Positions 19,267 to 29,563 of a stretch of DNA of 64,000 bases are shown here, in pieces (position 1 is the stretch's first letter; every line of letters begins with the position of its first letter). Source of the stretch: Escherichia coli (GTDB lineage: Bacteria > Pseudomonadota > Gammaproteobacteria > Enterobacterales > Enterobacteriaceae); NCBI GenBank assembly GCA_902500205.1, contig GCA_902500205.1_4868.1. One strand, given 5' to 3'. Both the position numbers and the translations under genes were made by a program. Below the pieces are notes generated by a model. The model did no database searches and had not been told where the DNA came from. It worked only from the letters and a program-made list of their open reading frames with translations.

Positions 19267-19989
19267 GTGAGCGCCATTGAAACAGCACGTCGTGACGCGA
19301 CGAAAATTCATGCAGATTTAGTGGACCAAGGCACGGCCACCATCACCAAAGGGGGATGTTACATTTACATCCCTGTTGGCTTCGTGGCTAAAGAGCTGGC
19401 GGTAATTTCTTCGCAAGTCGAAATCGTCGGTATTTTCGCTATCTCCACTGACCGCAAAACCTACGGGGTATCGAACGTCACGACGTTCATTGAAATTACC
19501 CCGTCGGCGTTTGAGGAAATTGACGTTCAGGGTGTGCCGTATTACGAGTTCCGTTTTGACCCCGGCACGGTGGTGTTCCCCAACCGAATGCTGCAAGTGC
19601 TCTCCTCGCCAGTCTACAACATCGCTTCGTACATCTACGACTTCGGAAACCGGCCTTTCTGGTACACCGCAGTAGATGACGCTGAGCTATTGTCTGACAC
19701 TAAGACGTGGAACGGCTTTACGGTCTTTAACGACCAGATCACCGCTGACTGTTATGCTGCCCACACACAGCGTAAGGTTGGCGACCCGCGGACGTATTTC
19801 CGCTACACCCTGAAAAAAGACAGCGATTTGATGAATCGGGTGCAGTTTATTCCGCTGCGTTCAGGTTCATTGAACAAAACTTCCCGGCTGGCCAAGATTG
19901 CAGATGTGGAACTGAAACAGGGTATCCGTTCTGCACTCCAGGTCGATCCGGTACGTGCAGAGCCACTCGAGGATTTGTATATGAGGTAA
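19267..19989 (+). CDS. hypothetical protein (about 240 aa)
   Basis: ORF 19261..19989; GTG at 19267 has GAGAGG 5-6 nt upstream. Confidence 0.6.
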   Translation: MSAIETARRDATKIHADLVDQGTATITKGGCYIYIPVGFVAKELAVISSQVEIVGIFAISTDRKTYGVSNVTTFIEITPSAFEEIDVQGVPYYEFRFDPGTVVFPNRMLQVLSSPVYNIASYIYDFGNRPFWYTAVDDAELLSDTKTWNGFTVFNDQITADCYAAHTQRKVGDPRTYFRYTLKKDSDLMNRVQFIPLRSGSLNKTSRLAKIADVELKQGIRSALQVDPVRAEPLEDLYMR

Positions 19990-20051
19990 CTGAGGTAGGG
20001 TTATTGTACGTCCCCAATAACCCGCTTCGGTAATAACAACTGGGGAAACCA

Positions 20052-20855
20052 ATGGAAAACTTGTCACTACGTTATAACTGCGTGGCACTCGCTGGGGTCA
20101 ATAAAGGGGCAACGCTAAAGAAAGATGCGGACGGATATTACTACGTCCTGTTAGGTGCACTGAATATTTTCAACTCTGAGAATATTTACTACGCCTATAA
20201 CGAGTCAAAACATGTCTTCGAGCGCTCTAACGTTTTCATGCGTAAAGTTTTGGCGGGGAATCTCTTCGGTGAAGAAGACCATCCGCAATACGAACAAGGC
20301 ATGAGCGAAGCCCAGTGGATCGAACGTAACGAATGGATCGAAACGCGTAACGTGTGTATGCACATTCGCGAAGTAGAAGTGAAGCCGACCGACCAGATGT
20401 GTAACGGTCTGCCGGTGATGGAAATTTGGGGTTGGATTAAACCTAACCGTGAACGTGGTCCGCTTCTGGCGGAAGCACTAGAGAACCCACATCAGAACGT
20501 GTGTTTCTCGCTGCGTGCTATCGTTCGTGAAGGTCGTCTGGGTACGACTATCGTACGCCGCATCGATAAACTGGTCACCTTTGACTGGGTTATTGAAGAT
20601 GGCCTGCAAATCTGTAACAAATACTCTGCGATTCAACGCGGTAGTAAAGTAGCACAGGAATCTACTCGCACTTACGTCGACCGCCCTATCAGTCGTCAAG
20701 TGTTGGAAGACATTCTGTACAATCCGACAACGACCAGCGCTGTTGCCACTGAGTCCCGTCGTGGTGCTCTCCAGCAACTCGCGCAGGAATACCTGCAGCT
20801 GGCTCCGAAAGTGTCCAATCTGCGGGTAATGGGCATGGGTGTAAGGAGCTGGTAA
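20052..20855 (+). CDS. hypothetical protein (267 aa)
   Basis: ATG with GGGGA upstream; complete ORF. Confidence 0.7.
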   Translation: MENLSLRYNCVALAGVNKGATLKKDADGYYYVLLGALNIFNSENIYYAYNESKHVFERSNVFMRKVLAGNLFGEEDHPQYEQGMSEAQWIERNEWIETRNVCMHIREVEVKPTDQMCNGLPVMEIWGWIKPNRERGPLLAEALENPHQNVCFSLRAIVREGRLGTTIVRRIDKLVTFDWVIEDGLQICNKYSAIQRGSKVAQESTRTYVDRPISRQVLEDILYNPTTTSAVATESRRGALQQLAQEYLQLAPKVSNLRVMGMGVRSW

Positions 20856-20858
20856 AAA

Positions 20859-21488
20859 ATGGCAGAACATATCGACCCGTCATTAGAGCGGTGGTGTGAA
20901 CGCCAGATGCCGCACGTCGCCAAAAAGTTGACGTTACGTAAACTGACTGAACAGCCGCTGCATTTAAGCAAGTGTAAGATACCGACGTTTTCGCCGCGTA
21001 TCCCACTTTCGTGCGCGCCAGATGAAGACAAGACCGTGCCCAGGATTTGCTGCTCGGTAGATTTAGAGCGAGCGATTAAGGGTGCACGTCACAACTTCTC
21101 TGCAATCGAAATACCCACACGATTGTATCTTTACGGTTTTGATGAACGTGATGTAGCGCAGCCTTCGGTCAACCTGACACAGGAACCGAATCGGGCGGGT
21201 GAAGTATGGATTGTACCACACCGCATGTCGAACTGGGATATCAAACCGATTTACCTGGGCGAGATGCGGTTGTCAGAACTTCGCAACGGTGGCCATGTTT
21301 TTGTCTATCACTTAAGTTTCGGACAAGATGTGCGCCTGTCTACCAGTCAACTGTTGAAAGCCGGCGAATTTTATCGACTGATTATCAGCGTCAACTGGGA
21401 GCGCGGTGAAGTTAAGGTCTCGGAGGCGGTCGCCACTGCGCGTACTGCTTTTGATAACGCACTGAACGAATACGTCGTTTCACCGTAG
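20859..21488 (+). CDS. hypothetical protein (209 aa)
   Basis: ATG with AAGGAG 10 nt upstream. Confidence 0.7.
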   Translation: MAEHIDPSLERWCERQMPHVAKKLTLRKLTEQPLHLSKCKIPTFSPRIPLSCAPDEDKTVPRICCSVDLERAIKGARHNFSAIEIPTRLYLYGFDERDVAQPSVNLTQEPNRAGEVWIVPHRMSNWDIKPIYLGEMRLSELRNGGHVFVYHLSFGQDVRLSTSQLLKAGEFYRLIISVNWERGEVKVSEAVATARTAFDNALNEYVVSP

Positions 21489-21543
21489 TGCCTAGTTCGT
21501 GGTCTGCAAATCACAACTAAAAACCACTACAGTAGGGGGACGC

Positions 21544-21843
21544 ATGAAGGTCGTTAACATCGCAATACCTCCGACCCTTCGTTGTTTGACGCCGGAAGAA
21601 CTGAAAGCGTTAGCGATCTACGCTATCCAAGGAAAGGCTGGTAAAGAAGTGCTTGCCGAAATCTTATCGGAACGTTTTGATACAAAACGCAAGGTTAATA
21701 ACATCATCTCCGGAATCGCGTCGCTAGATATCATGGCACTCTATTGCGACATTAAAGAGGCTGGAGTGACAATCGACTATCGCCGTACTTACTTTCTACT
21801 CACTGAGCCGTATCGTTCGAATATGGCAATAAAGCAGATGTAA
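21544..21843 (+). CDS. hypothetical protein (about 99 aa)
   Basis: ORF 21499..21843; internal ATG at 21544 has AGGGGGA upstream. Confidence 0.5.
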   Translation: MKVVNIAIPPTLRCLTPEELKALAIYAIQGKAGKEVLAEILSERFDTKRKVNNIISGIASLDIMALYCDIKEAGVTIDYRRTYFLLTEPYRSNMAIKQM

Positions 21844-21896
21844 TTTTTTACATGACGTTGGTTTCATGTGTTGGGGAACAAAATAAGGACAAGAAG

Positions 21897-22445
21897 ATGT
21901 TTTATCTGGATAGCGATGGCGTTTTTGCACGCTGGCGTAAATACGTTTTATCCACGCATTTTCCCGGAATGACGATTAAAGAGTTTAACGCACTACCTGA
22001 ACTCCGTCGCCGTAGTTTGGTTCGTTCGATGTATCAGAACGATCCTGACTTGTTTTACAAACTCGAACCAATTGAGGGTGTAGAGCGAATCCTGGAAACG
22101 GTAGATAGACTTTGCGACAGTTGGGCAATACTCACCTCTGGATCAGAAGATCACTACGACCACCAATTGGTTGTGGATTCAAAACAACGGTGGTTCATGA
22201 AGCACTTTGGGGTACCAGCTGACAAAGTCATCGTCACCGAAAGTTCAGGGCAGAAGAAAGCTTACGCCTCGCGAGGTAATTTGCTTGTCGACGATTATGG
22301 TCGTAACTGTCGAGAATGGATTTTGCAAGGTGGCGCGGCAATATGGTCGCGAACTGAAGAACCGAACATTGATGGCATTTGCCTCCAGTGTGAAGCGTTC
22401 TACAATGACCCGATTACTCACTCGGGGACACTACTGCAAGTCTAA
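21897..22445 (+). CDS. HAD-superfamily hydrolase, likely 5-prime(3-prime)-deoxyribonucleotidase-like
   Basis: ORF 21852..22445; ATG at 21897 has AAGGA upstream; N-terminal FYLDSDGV fits HAD motif I (DxDGV). Confidence 0.55.
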   Translation: MFYLDSDGVFARWRKYVLSTHFPGMTIKEFNALPELRRRSLVRSMYQNDPDLFYKLEPIEGVERILETVDRLCDSWAILTSGSEDHYDHQLVVDSKQRWFMKHFGVPADKVIVTESSGQKKAYASRGNLLVDDYGRNCREWILQGGAAIWSRTEEPNIDGICLQCEAFYNDPITHSGTLLQV

Positions 22446-22518
22446 GCTCCACTAGGCTCATCCTATCTTCGGATACGGGTGAGTCTTTTTATTTTATTAA
22501 TTGCATTCAAAAAGAACT

Positions 22519-22541
22519 GAGATATATATTACTTAGGTGAG
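22519..22541 (+). promoter_or_regulatory. recurrent promoter-like motif GAGATATATATTACTTAGGTGAG
   Basis: Member of a 6-copy motif family GATATTA(T/C)CT..GTGA upstream of plus-strand genes. Confidence 0.4.
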
Positions 22542-22591
22542 CGTTACACGTTAACGCTTTAATCGACTATTACCCAGAAGGAGTATTTACA

Positions 22592-22990
22592 ATGACTAAC
22601 CAACTACGCCAAGACCCGTTTGTTGCCATGATGCTTTGTGCTAAAGCCGAGAGCAACGAAGCCGATTTAATTCGTCTGTTGACTGATGACGAATACCTTA
22701 TCTCCGAGCGCGATAAACGTTTAAAAGAACTCTACAAGCCAGAAACCGGTGAATCGCTCGGCAATCAAGACGCCTGGAAGTTTCTTATTCTTGTTGCTGA
22801 TGAAACGTGGCGAGCAAAAAATCCCATCGTCTGTGATATTACAGACCTACCGTACAAATACGGCGGACTCATCACTAGCGACCAGCACCTTAAAGCGTTC
22901 TTTGTTGGTGAAGCAATGCAAGAACTGCAAGATGTTCTTATTACAGCAACGGACACTTTGAAACGTTTGCGCGCCGAGCAGCTAATCTGA
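22592..22990 (+). CDS. hypothetical protein (132 aa)
   Basis: ATG preceded by conserved leader TTAATCGACTATTACCCAGAAGGAGTATTTACA. Confidence 0.65.
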   Translation: MTNQLRQDPFVAMMLCAKAESNEADLIRLLTDDEYLISERDKRLKELYKPETGESLGNQDAWKFLILVADETWRAKNPIVCDITDLPYKYGGLITSDQHLKAFFVGEAMQELQDVLITATDTLKRLRAEQLI

Positions 22991-23044
22991 TCTCTCAAAA
23001 ATCACGAATCGTACAAATCCTTTGACTGTGTAGGAAGGAATAAA

Positions 23045-23434
23045 ATGAAAATCGCAGAGGGGTTAGTAGATGCGTGCAGAGACCCATTCACGCTGTGGGT
23101 TCTTTGTGGCTTGCGCCGAGACGATCGTTTCGGTGAGTTTGTTCGAAATCCAGATGCTTTACTAAGCTTCGTAGAAAGCGAGGAGAAGCGTTTAGAGGAG
23201 ATTAAAGAGGAAAGTAGTACCCTTACACCAGATATGGTGGTTTATAGCCGTATGACGTCACACAGGTGGCGTACGACCCATCGGCTGAAGGGAACCTCAA
23301 TGAAGGAATTGATTGAAGGGTTATCAAAGGCGCTTTCGTCTGATAACATTATCTGGCCGGTGTTGTATACCAACGAAGACCATTCTGATAACGTGAAGGT
23401 TACACTGACACGTTGTTATCACACATTCTCGTAG
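23045..23434 (+). CDS. hypothetical protein (129 aa)
   Basis: ATG with AGGAAGGAATAAA leader. Confidence 0.65.
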   Translation: MKIAEGLVDACRDPFTLWVLCGLRRDDRFGEFVRNPDALLSFVESEEKRLEEIKEESSTLTPDMVVYSRMTSHRWRTTHRLKGTSMKELIEGLSKALSSDNIIWPVLYTNEDHSDNVKVTLTRCYHTFS

Positions 23435-23468
23435 TAGTTAATCGACCATTACCGTAAGGAATATTTAC

Positions 23469-24140
23469 ATGCAGGGCACTGAACTCAACAAACTTTGGGA
23501 AAAACTGGTTCGTCAATTCCGCGACTTCTATCGATATACCGATAGCGCGCATCGCATGGATCACATCAACTCAGTTAAATCAAATGCGATTCGTATCGCG
23601 TATATGCTTGGGCAAACCGAACACCTGAAGCTGATACTGATTGCGGTGGCAGCTCACGATATCTTCTCTACCAAAGAAGACCGCGCGTCACACCACATCA
23701 AAGGGTATAGCTGGATACTGGATAACAAGCCAGTGCTCAAACGTAAGTATAAACTTACCGATGATGAATGTTTGACGATTGCCCATGCAGTCTTAGAACA
23801 CCGCAGTTCTCACAAAGGGAACTACAACGGGATTGTCTCTGAGATAGTTGCCGCAGCTGACCGCGGTATACCGTCTGTAGATGACGTGAGCAATTACATG
23901 CACCGTTCTTATCTGTTTGCCCGTGAACAGGGTAAAAGTAAAGGCGATGCAAAATTCCATGCCGTTGGTCACGTCCAACAGAAGTTCGGACGCAACGGTA
24001 TTAGTAATGTCCCTAGTTGGTACGGTACGCTCTTCGCAGAGCGCATTCTGGAACGCAGGGATTTCGTGGAGCAGCTAGATATTAGCTATTTCACAGATAC
24101 CATTATCGACGACCTCGAAGCTCGTCTTTCACACGATTAA
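23469..24140 (+). CDS. hypothetical protein (223 aa), weak HD-domain-like H...HD pattern
   Basis: ATG preceded by conserved leader TTAATCGACCATTACCGTAAGGAATATTTAC; HRMDH and AAHDIF motifs. Confidence 0.65.
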   Translation: MQGTELNKLWEKLVRQFRDFYRYTDSAHRMDHINSVKSNAIRIAYMLGQTEHLKLILIAVAAHDIFSTKEDRASHHIKGYSWILDNKPVLKRKYKLTDDECLTIAHAVLEHRSSHKGNYNGIVSEIVAAADRGIPSVDDVSNYMHRSYLFAREQGKSKGDAKFHAVGHVQQKFGRNGISNVPSWYGTLFAERILERRDFVEQLDISYFTDTIIDDLEARLSHD

Positions 24141-24166
24141 TCACACTGACCTTAAGGAATATTAAG

Positions 24167-24655
24167 ATGGCTGAAGTAACTTCAATGAAAGCACTGCACA
24201 AACTGATCGCTGAACTGGACACGCCGGCAGCAACCCTGTCCGAAGACCTGGCGCTGAATGCTGAGCCGCTGGTTAAGATTTACGAAGAAACACTCCCCGT
24301 AACGAAAGTTGGGGATGTGGACTATCGCTTCACACTGGAAGACGCGGACGCTCTGCGACAGCACGACGCAAACTTCACTGAACTGTTCGGTGGCATTGCC
24401 GGTGGTCTGATTGCTGACCGTGCGAAAGCGGATAGCGAAATCGGTGCACTGGACTTAACGCTGGATATCGGTAACGCAGCATTCTCTACCGTGTTCTCTC
24501 GCCCGGTTACTGAAAACCCAACTCAGAAAGAATGGGCAGCGTCCATCTCTTACGGTTACGGTTCTCCAAAGTCTAAAGCGTTGGAAGGCAAGCTGCGTAA
24601 AGAGTTTGCCAAGTCCATGATGGCAACTGATGAAGAAGACGAAGACGACGAATAA
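24167..24655 (+). CDS. abundant small acidic protein (162 aa, C-terminal DEEDEDDE)
   Basis: Conserved leader plus AAGGAAT RBS; codon usage strongly skewed to CTG/CGT/GGT/AAC. Confidence 0.75.
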   Translation: MAEVTSMKALHKLIAELDTPAATLSEDLALNAEPLVKIYEETLPVTKVGDVDYRFTLEDADALRQHDANFTELFGGIAGGLIADRAKADSEIGALDLTLDIGNAAFSTVFSRPVTENPTQKEWAASISYGYGSPKSKALEGKLRKEFAKSMMATDEEDEDDE

Positions 24656-25017
24656 TGATTCCGTCCAGCCCAAAGGAACTCGCTGAGCTACTCGGGGCTA
24701 AAGTGGAATGTCATCCTAATGTGAATCCTGCTACTGGGTTACGTTGGGATGGCACCATTGCGTCACACGAGGAAATCGGTCTCACCGTCACCTTCCCTAA
24801 ACCTATGCCTGCGCCTATTGCGCTTGCTGTTAATCCTAAATTTTATCGAGAGGAATACACCATGTCACAATCAGAAAACGCGAAACAAGTTATCGTAGAC
24901 ACCTTGCAGGATTTTGACCCGGAAGAGTTCGGGCCTGATGCCGACGGCGGTGAAGCACGTGCTGCGCACATTGCAGAAATCATTGAAGAAGCCTTGAAAG
25001 AAAAAGGCTTCCTCTAA
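24655..25017 (+). CDS. hypothetical protein (120 aa)
   Basis: TAATG stop-start overlap with upstream gene; alternative internal start at 24862 with GAGAGG RBS. Confidence 0.45.
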   Translation: MIPSSPKELAELLGAKVECHPNVNPATGLRWDGTIASHEEIGLTVTFPKPMPAPIALAVNPKFYREEYTMSQSENAKQVIVDTLQDFDPEEFGPDADGGEARAAHIAEIIEEALKEKGFL

Positions 25018-25074
25018 AGAAAACATTAGGGTGGTCTTATGACTGCCCTATTTTTTTTTGATTTTGGAGCTACA

Positions 25075-25617
25075 ATGAAGCAACTTAATACTCTCGGTCA
25101 GGATGATATCAAACCGATTCCATCTGATATGAAACGTGAAGACATTATTCGCCACATCAATCAGATCGGTGACGTGTTTACGTTGTCCATGAAAGCCATA
25201 TTGGAAGACGCATTCGAAACCATTGCCGAATATCCGGTTGAGATTATTCCGCACACCATCAACGGCTACCAGCGTTTTCTCGACACTATTACCAAAGGTA
25301 GTAGTGGTCGTATCATCGCAGGCTTTATCATCCGCTTTAAGTGCTTGTTGCAAGTAGAGCTGGGTGACGAGGTACTCCGTCGGCTGGAACACGAACTCAT
25401 TAGCATGTCTGCCAACGACATTCTCGCGGCCGAATCGGGGCAAGGTTATAAAGACGGGATGTCTCTCTGGAAGATTGCCCATCCTGACCTAGGTGACGTT
25501 CAACCACCGTCTGAGTTCGATGTGCTCGTAACTTATCTGTTACTGCTGCAAATTAAGAACCTATTAATTCGTGCTAATGCGCAGCGTGAAATTGATGCTA
25601 GCCAACCGAAAAAATAA
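25075..25617 (+). CDS. hypothetical protein (about 180 aa)
   Basis: ORF 25039..25617; ATG at 25075 has GGAG 6 nt upstream. Confidence 0.6.
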   Translation: MKQLNTLGQDDIKPIPSDMKREDIIRHINQIGDVFTLSMKAILEDAFETIAEYPVEIIPHTINGYQRFLDTITKGSSGRIIAGFIIRFKCLLQVELGDEVLRRLEHELISMSANDILAAESGQGYKDGMSLWKIAHPDLGDVQPPSEFDVLVTYLLLLQIKNLLIRANAQREIDASQPKK

Positions 25618-25620
25618 AAC

Positions 25621-25663
25621 GTACCTCTCTCCATCCGGAGAGAGGTAACGCTTGTTTTTTTTG
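25621..25663. terminator. bidirectional intrinsic terminator
   Basis: Hairpin ACCTCTCTCC-ATCC-GGAGAGAGGT flanked by A-run and T-run; sits between convergent genes. Confidence 0.65.
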
Positions 25664-25665
25664 TC

Positions 25666-26541
25666 TTAGCGCATCTGGTTGGCCATCTGCTCGTCGGAGA
25701 CAGAGTTGTAGCCACCTGGGGTTGCGTTGACGTCCGGGTTGATACCATCGGTCTGCTGAGACGGAGTGAGCCACAGTTTGCGTTCGTAAGGACGCAGACC
25801 GTACAGCTTCATACGGTCCAGCTCTTTCGCAGCGGCCTGCATCGGACCCCAACCTGTCCATTGCTGGGAGGTAAAGGCGATTGACAGTTCGTTAATCTGC
25901 GGACCGGTGTTGGTTTCACGCTCACCGATATCCTGGCCAGCGGTTTCCGGAATCATGTTCGTTAACCACCACGCGTTCTGCGGTTTACGCTGATACGCAT
26001 CTGGCTCGATGAACAGCACGGTCATGCTGTACATATCCGGCAGGTGGTCAGGAACGTTCGGGTTGATTGCGGCCAGGCCTGGGTGACCAGTCTGGGGATC
26101 ACAAACACCGTAAACCAGCCACGCCCACAGCATGTTCTGGTACACCTTCCCGAGTTTATCCGGGGTGGTGAAGGTAACAGAGGACAGTGCTTCCGTTACC
26201 AGACCAGCTTCATACTGGGTACGGTTGTTACGACCCTGCTGAGTTTCAACAGCCGCATGGCTCAGGGTTTTATCCAGGCCAGTAATCTCGGAGTGAACCT
26301 CGATAAAGGACTTGATAGCCTGACGCCACATCTGCGGGTTCGGCATGTAATCCACCCAACGAGGGAATTCCATGACACGCGCAATGACGTTACGACGCAG
26401 ACGAGAGGCGTTAGTAACGAACTTGCCAACCTGTCCAACCGGGCCGTTTTGGCCCGAGGAGAACGCGTTGACCATATCGTACTGGCCGCCGTCGACGTGC
26501 AGACCCTGATCAGGCAAAATGAGACGATCTTTGATTGCCAT
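25666..26541 (-). CDS. tail tube protein candidate (291 aa)
   Basis: Directly downstream (3-nt gap) of sheath-sized gene on same strand; size typical of myovirus tube protein; assignment by order and size only. Confidence 0.7.
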   Translation of the reverse strand: MAIKDRLILPDQGLHVDGGQYDMVNAFSSGQNGPVGQVGKFVTNASRLRRNVIARVMEFPRWVDYMPNPQMWRQAIKSFIEVHSEITGLDKTLSHAAVETQQGRNNRTQYEAGLVTEALSSVTFTTPDKLGKVYQNMLWAWLVYGVCDPQTGHPGLAAINPNVPDHLPDMYSMTVLFIEPDAYQRKPQNAWWLTNMIPETAGQDIGERETNTGPQINELSIAFTSQQWTGWGPMQAAAKELDRMKLYGLRPYERKLWLTPSQQTDGINPDVNATPGGYNSVSDEQMANQMR

Positions 26542-26544
26542 CTA

Positions 26545-28590
26545 TTAGCTCTCCCGACGGTAAACTTTGATAGTGGTGTTGAACTGGGTGAGCAGCACAC
26601 CGCCTTCAGCGATCAGGTCCAGCGTCACAGAGTAACCATTGGATTTATCGTCTGCAGTGAAGTACGCCTTCGGAGTGACGACAGCAACGTTATCGAGACG
26701 GCCTTCCAGACGTTCGATAATTTTGTTCTCAATCATCTTCGCACGTTCATCATCCGTCATGGCCGCTTCGCCAGACATGTCCGCCCATACACGGTCGGAA
26801 ACACGATAGACGTAGGTCATCATGAAGTTGAACAGGGCGTTGTTCAGTACAGAACGATCTTCGCTGTAGATTGACTGAATCGCCGGAATGAACAAGCGAT
26901 AGTAGTCGTAGGAACGGGCAGTGATCAGCGACACATCCCAGTCAGACGCATACACTTCGTTGCCTTTCCACGGCATACTCAGGTCAGTCAGATCTTCGAT
27001 AATCGTCAGTTCGCCACGGCTGAAACGATAAGCCGGTTTTGCACGACCGTCGCCTGCACCCAGGTACTTCGAGAAGAAGTTCGCCAGGGAGTAGTTCATC
27101 GGAACAGGCTTCTTGTAGGAAGAGTTCTTGATGAACGCCGATTGGCCGGTGACCATACCACGTGCAGCCGGAGTGCCGTAATAGGCAGATTCCGGTACCG
27201 CTGTGATCAATTCGATCAGGGCGATTTTTGCACTTTCTTCTGTCTGCTCATCGTTACGACCTTGGTTGTAAACGTGAGTCGCCAGCGTCAAGAAGGTGTT
27301 ACGTGAACGACCGATGAAGTTCACGAGCGCAGCTTTAGTATCGAAGCTAAAGCCAGAGTCCCAGAAACAACCCAGCGAGTATTTCAGCTCGTTGTCGTAA
27401 CGGACTTTACCGCCATCCGGGAACAGCAGCATTTCACGGCGAACGAGTTCGTCGTAAACGTCGTTGTTCATGGTACCATCGCTACCACCTTGCAGGTAGT
27501 GGATGTTGGATGCGGAGAACACAACTTTACCGGTTTCAGTAGCCGGGTTTACCTGAAGACCATCGTAAGGCTGGCCCAGTAAATCATAGCCGCCAAAGAT
27601 GTCAACCATATACGGGTCAGCAGGCGCATCAGTTGTGATAGCGGCCTGAGCCAAGCCCAGTACAGTTTCCAGGTTCTCGCGATACAGATAGAACTGCTCG
27701 AAAGGACCATAATCTGGCAGCTCGCCAATGTCAGGCATCGTCTGACGATATGCATCCGCAACAACAACTTCGAAGTCGAGTTGCGTTCTCATCGGCTGAT
27801 AGTATGCATCGGGCTTAAAGCTAAAATTGATGCTACTCATGCCAGTGAGAGTTTTCCACACTACCGGAGAAGTCACGCCTGCCAGGGTTTCGAACCATTG
27901 CAGGGTGTAAACACGACCACCGACTTCATTTTGATAGGAGGAGGTCAGAGCCGGGCTGGATTTCTCGCTGAGTGGGATCAGTTTGAAACCGAAACCGTTG
28001 ACGTCAGCACCCGCATACGGGCCTGCGATATCGAACAACGGATACAGCTTCGATTTCGTGCCGCCTTCGCCAGTCATCGTCCCCTCGATAACCACACCTG
28101 CGCCGATGGCCGGGGTAGTTTCGTCGATTACGACAGAACGGAAGACGATTACCAAACCGTCAACTTGTTCTTTGATCTTGGGCTTGCCCGAGTTGTCGTA
28201 CTGAACGATCCCGTTGCTGTCGCGTTCGTAGGACGGAACTTTCGTTTCGAGTACGTCGGCGAATACGCGAACACTTGCGGTTTTCGCATCTTCAGGGATC
28301 AAGCGCTGATACATACACTCGTTTGCGTTAGCGTTGAACATCGCCTGATAGGGCGTGTTGAACGTCGCGTAGGGGCCTCGCAAGTCAAAGACATTGCGAC
28401 CAAGCAGAGACAGTGCATTATCCCCGGTTAACGGGAACGCCTCGTTGTCTACCCCGCGCGCGGCAAAGGTGAAGATCAGCGGCTTATGAATTGCGTCACC
28501 CGTAGGGGTACGCACAAGCTCGGGGACAGAGTTATCCTGCCAACCTTGCTTGTTATTCAACGGCGCGCCGTTTCGTGGAATAAAAGTCAT
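26545..28590 (-). CDS. tail sheath protein candidate (681 aa)
   Basis: ATG with GGAG upstream; size and sheath-then-tube order typical of contractile tails; no motif confirmation possible. Confidence 0.75.
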   Translation of the reverse strand: MTFIPRNGAPLNNKQGWQDNSVPELVRTPTGDAIHKPLIFTFAARGVDNEAFPLTGDNALSLLGRNVFDLRGPYATFNTPYQAMFNANANECMYQRLIPEDAKTASVRVFADVLETKVPSYERDSNGIVQYDNSGKPKIKEQVDGLVIVFRSVVIDETTPAIGAGVVIEGTMTGEGGTKSKLYPLFDIAGPYAGADVNGFGFKLIPLSEKSSPALTSSYQNEVGGRVYTLQWFETLAGVTSPVVWKTLTGMSSINFSFKPDAYYQPMRTQLDFEVVVADAYRQTMPDIGELPDYGPFEQFYLYRENLETVLGLAQAAITTDAPADPYMVDIFGGYDLLGQPYDGLQVNPATETGKVVFSASNIHYLQGGSDGTMNNDVYDELVRREMLLFPDGGKVRYDNELKYSLGCFWDSGFSFDTKAALVNFIGRSRNTFLTLATHVYNQGRNDEQTEESAKIALIELITAVPESAYYGTPAARGMVTGQSAFIKNSSYKKPVPMNYSLANFFSKYLGAGDGRAKPAYRFSRGELTIIEDLTDLSMPWKGNEVYASDWDVSLITARSYDYYRLFIPAIQSIYSEDRSVLNNALFNFMMTYVYRVSDRVWADMSGEAAMTDDERAKMIENKIIERLEGRLDNVAVVTPKAYFTADDKSNGYSVTLDLIAEGGVLLTQFNTTIKVYRRES

Positions 28591-28647
28591 GGAACGTCTC
28601 CATATATTCGTCTTAAAGACCTGATGGTCATACTAAGGATCATACTC

Positions 28648-29553
28648 ATGGCACTCGAAAACGCTTACAGCGGTAATCCCTTTAATGCACTTGACCTTAC
28701 TCGCACCAAGGCAGACCTGGAATTAGCCCGTAAACTTAACCAAACTGTCTCGCAGTCCGATGAAGTTCATTACGTTGTTGAGACCGCTGATGTAAAACCG
28801 TTTCCTTTGCCGATTGTTATCGGCGACGACGTTTATGTATACGCAGCCACGTTTACCACGCTGGATAAGACCAACGAGCTAAAAATACGAAACCCAGTCG
28901 AACACGCATTGCGTCTCGACCAGGCTCGCTGGGAATTGGTGTGGAAACGGAGTAATGGTAAGCTTGCTGCACTGATGGCACAGATGCCCTACCACCATGA
29001 GATTTTCAGCAAATGGGTGTCGGATGCGATTACCCACACGTTTGCACTTGCTCCATATCAAAGTGGGCAAATCAAAGCGTTGGCTGCATTGTTCTCTGTG
29101 GGACAGTTCTATAATCACGTCGAAGATGATGTGAAAGCTTTACGTTTGCAGCAGATGCTGGAGCAACAATTAGGCTTACCTGCGGAACTGTTTGAATCAG
29201 TGACAGGCCACACAGAATATCTTTTCCCGCGTAATATCGCAGAATTCGTCGAAATGGTGCAGGCTGCAGATATCACTCCGCGGGTGCGTGACCTGAGCAT
29301 TCTGTCTCTGCAGCAGATGTTGAATACCAGCTTCTTCGGGGTGAGTTATGAAAAACAACTCGCTACCAGCGCCATCGAATATCCGCCTAGTCTCTTCGTT
29401 ATGATTAAGGCTTGTCTGGATAATAACATGTTTAACCGCAGTCGGTTAGGTGGGATTGTGAAGAAGTCAGACACCGCTAAGAAACGCGATAAGTTTGAAT
29501 TCACCTACAACCTTCTGATGAATCAAAACACCAAACCACTGAACATCAAGTAA
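28648..29553 (+). CDS. hypothetical protein (about 301 aa)
   Basis: ORF 28486..29553 overlaps sheath gene; ATG at 28648 has AAGGA upstream. Confidence 0.6.
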   Translation: MALENAYSGNPFNALDLTRTKADLELARKLNQTVSQSDEVHYVVETADVKPFPLPIVIGDDVYVYAATFTTLDKTNELKIRNPVEHALRLDQARWELVWKRSNGKLAALMAQMPYHHEIFSKWVSDAITHTFALAPYQSGQIKALAALFSVGQFYNHVEDDVKALRLQQMLEQQLGLPAELFESVTGHTEYLFPRNIAEFVEMVQAADITPRVRDLSILSLQQMLNTSFFGVSYEKQLATSAIEYPPSLFVMIKACLDNNMFNRSRLGGIVKKSDTAKKRDKFEFTYNLLMNQNTKPLNIK

Positions 29554-29563
29554 GAGGCCCACT

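Noticed and set aside
26044-28431. Plus-strand ORFs of 276 aa and 216 aa
   Set aside because: Antisense to the tail tube and sheath candidate genes; no RBS support.
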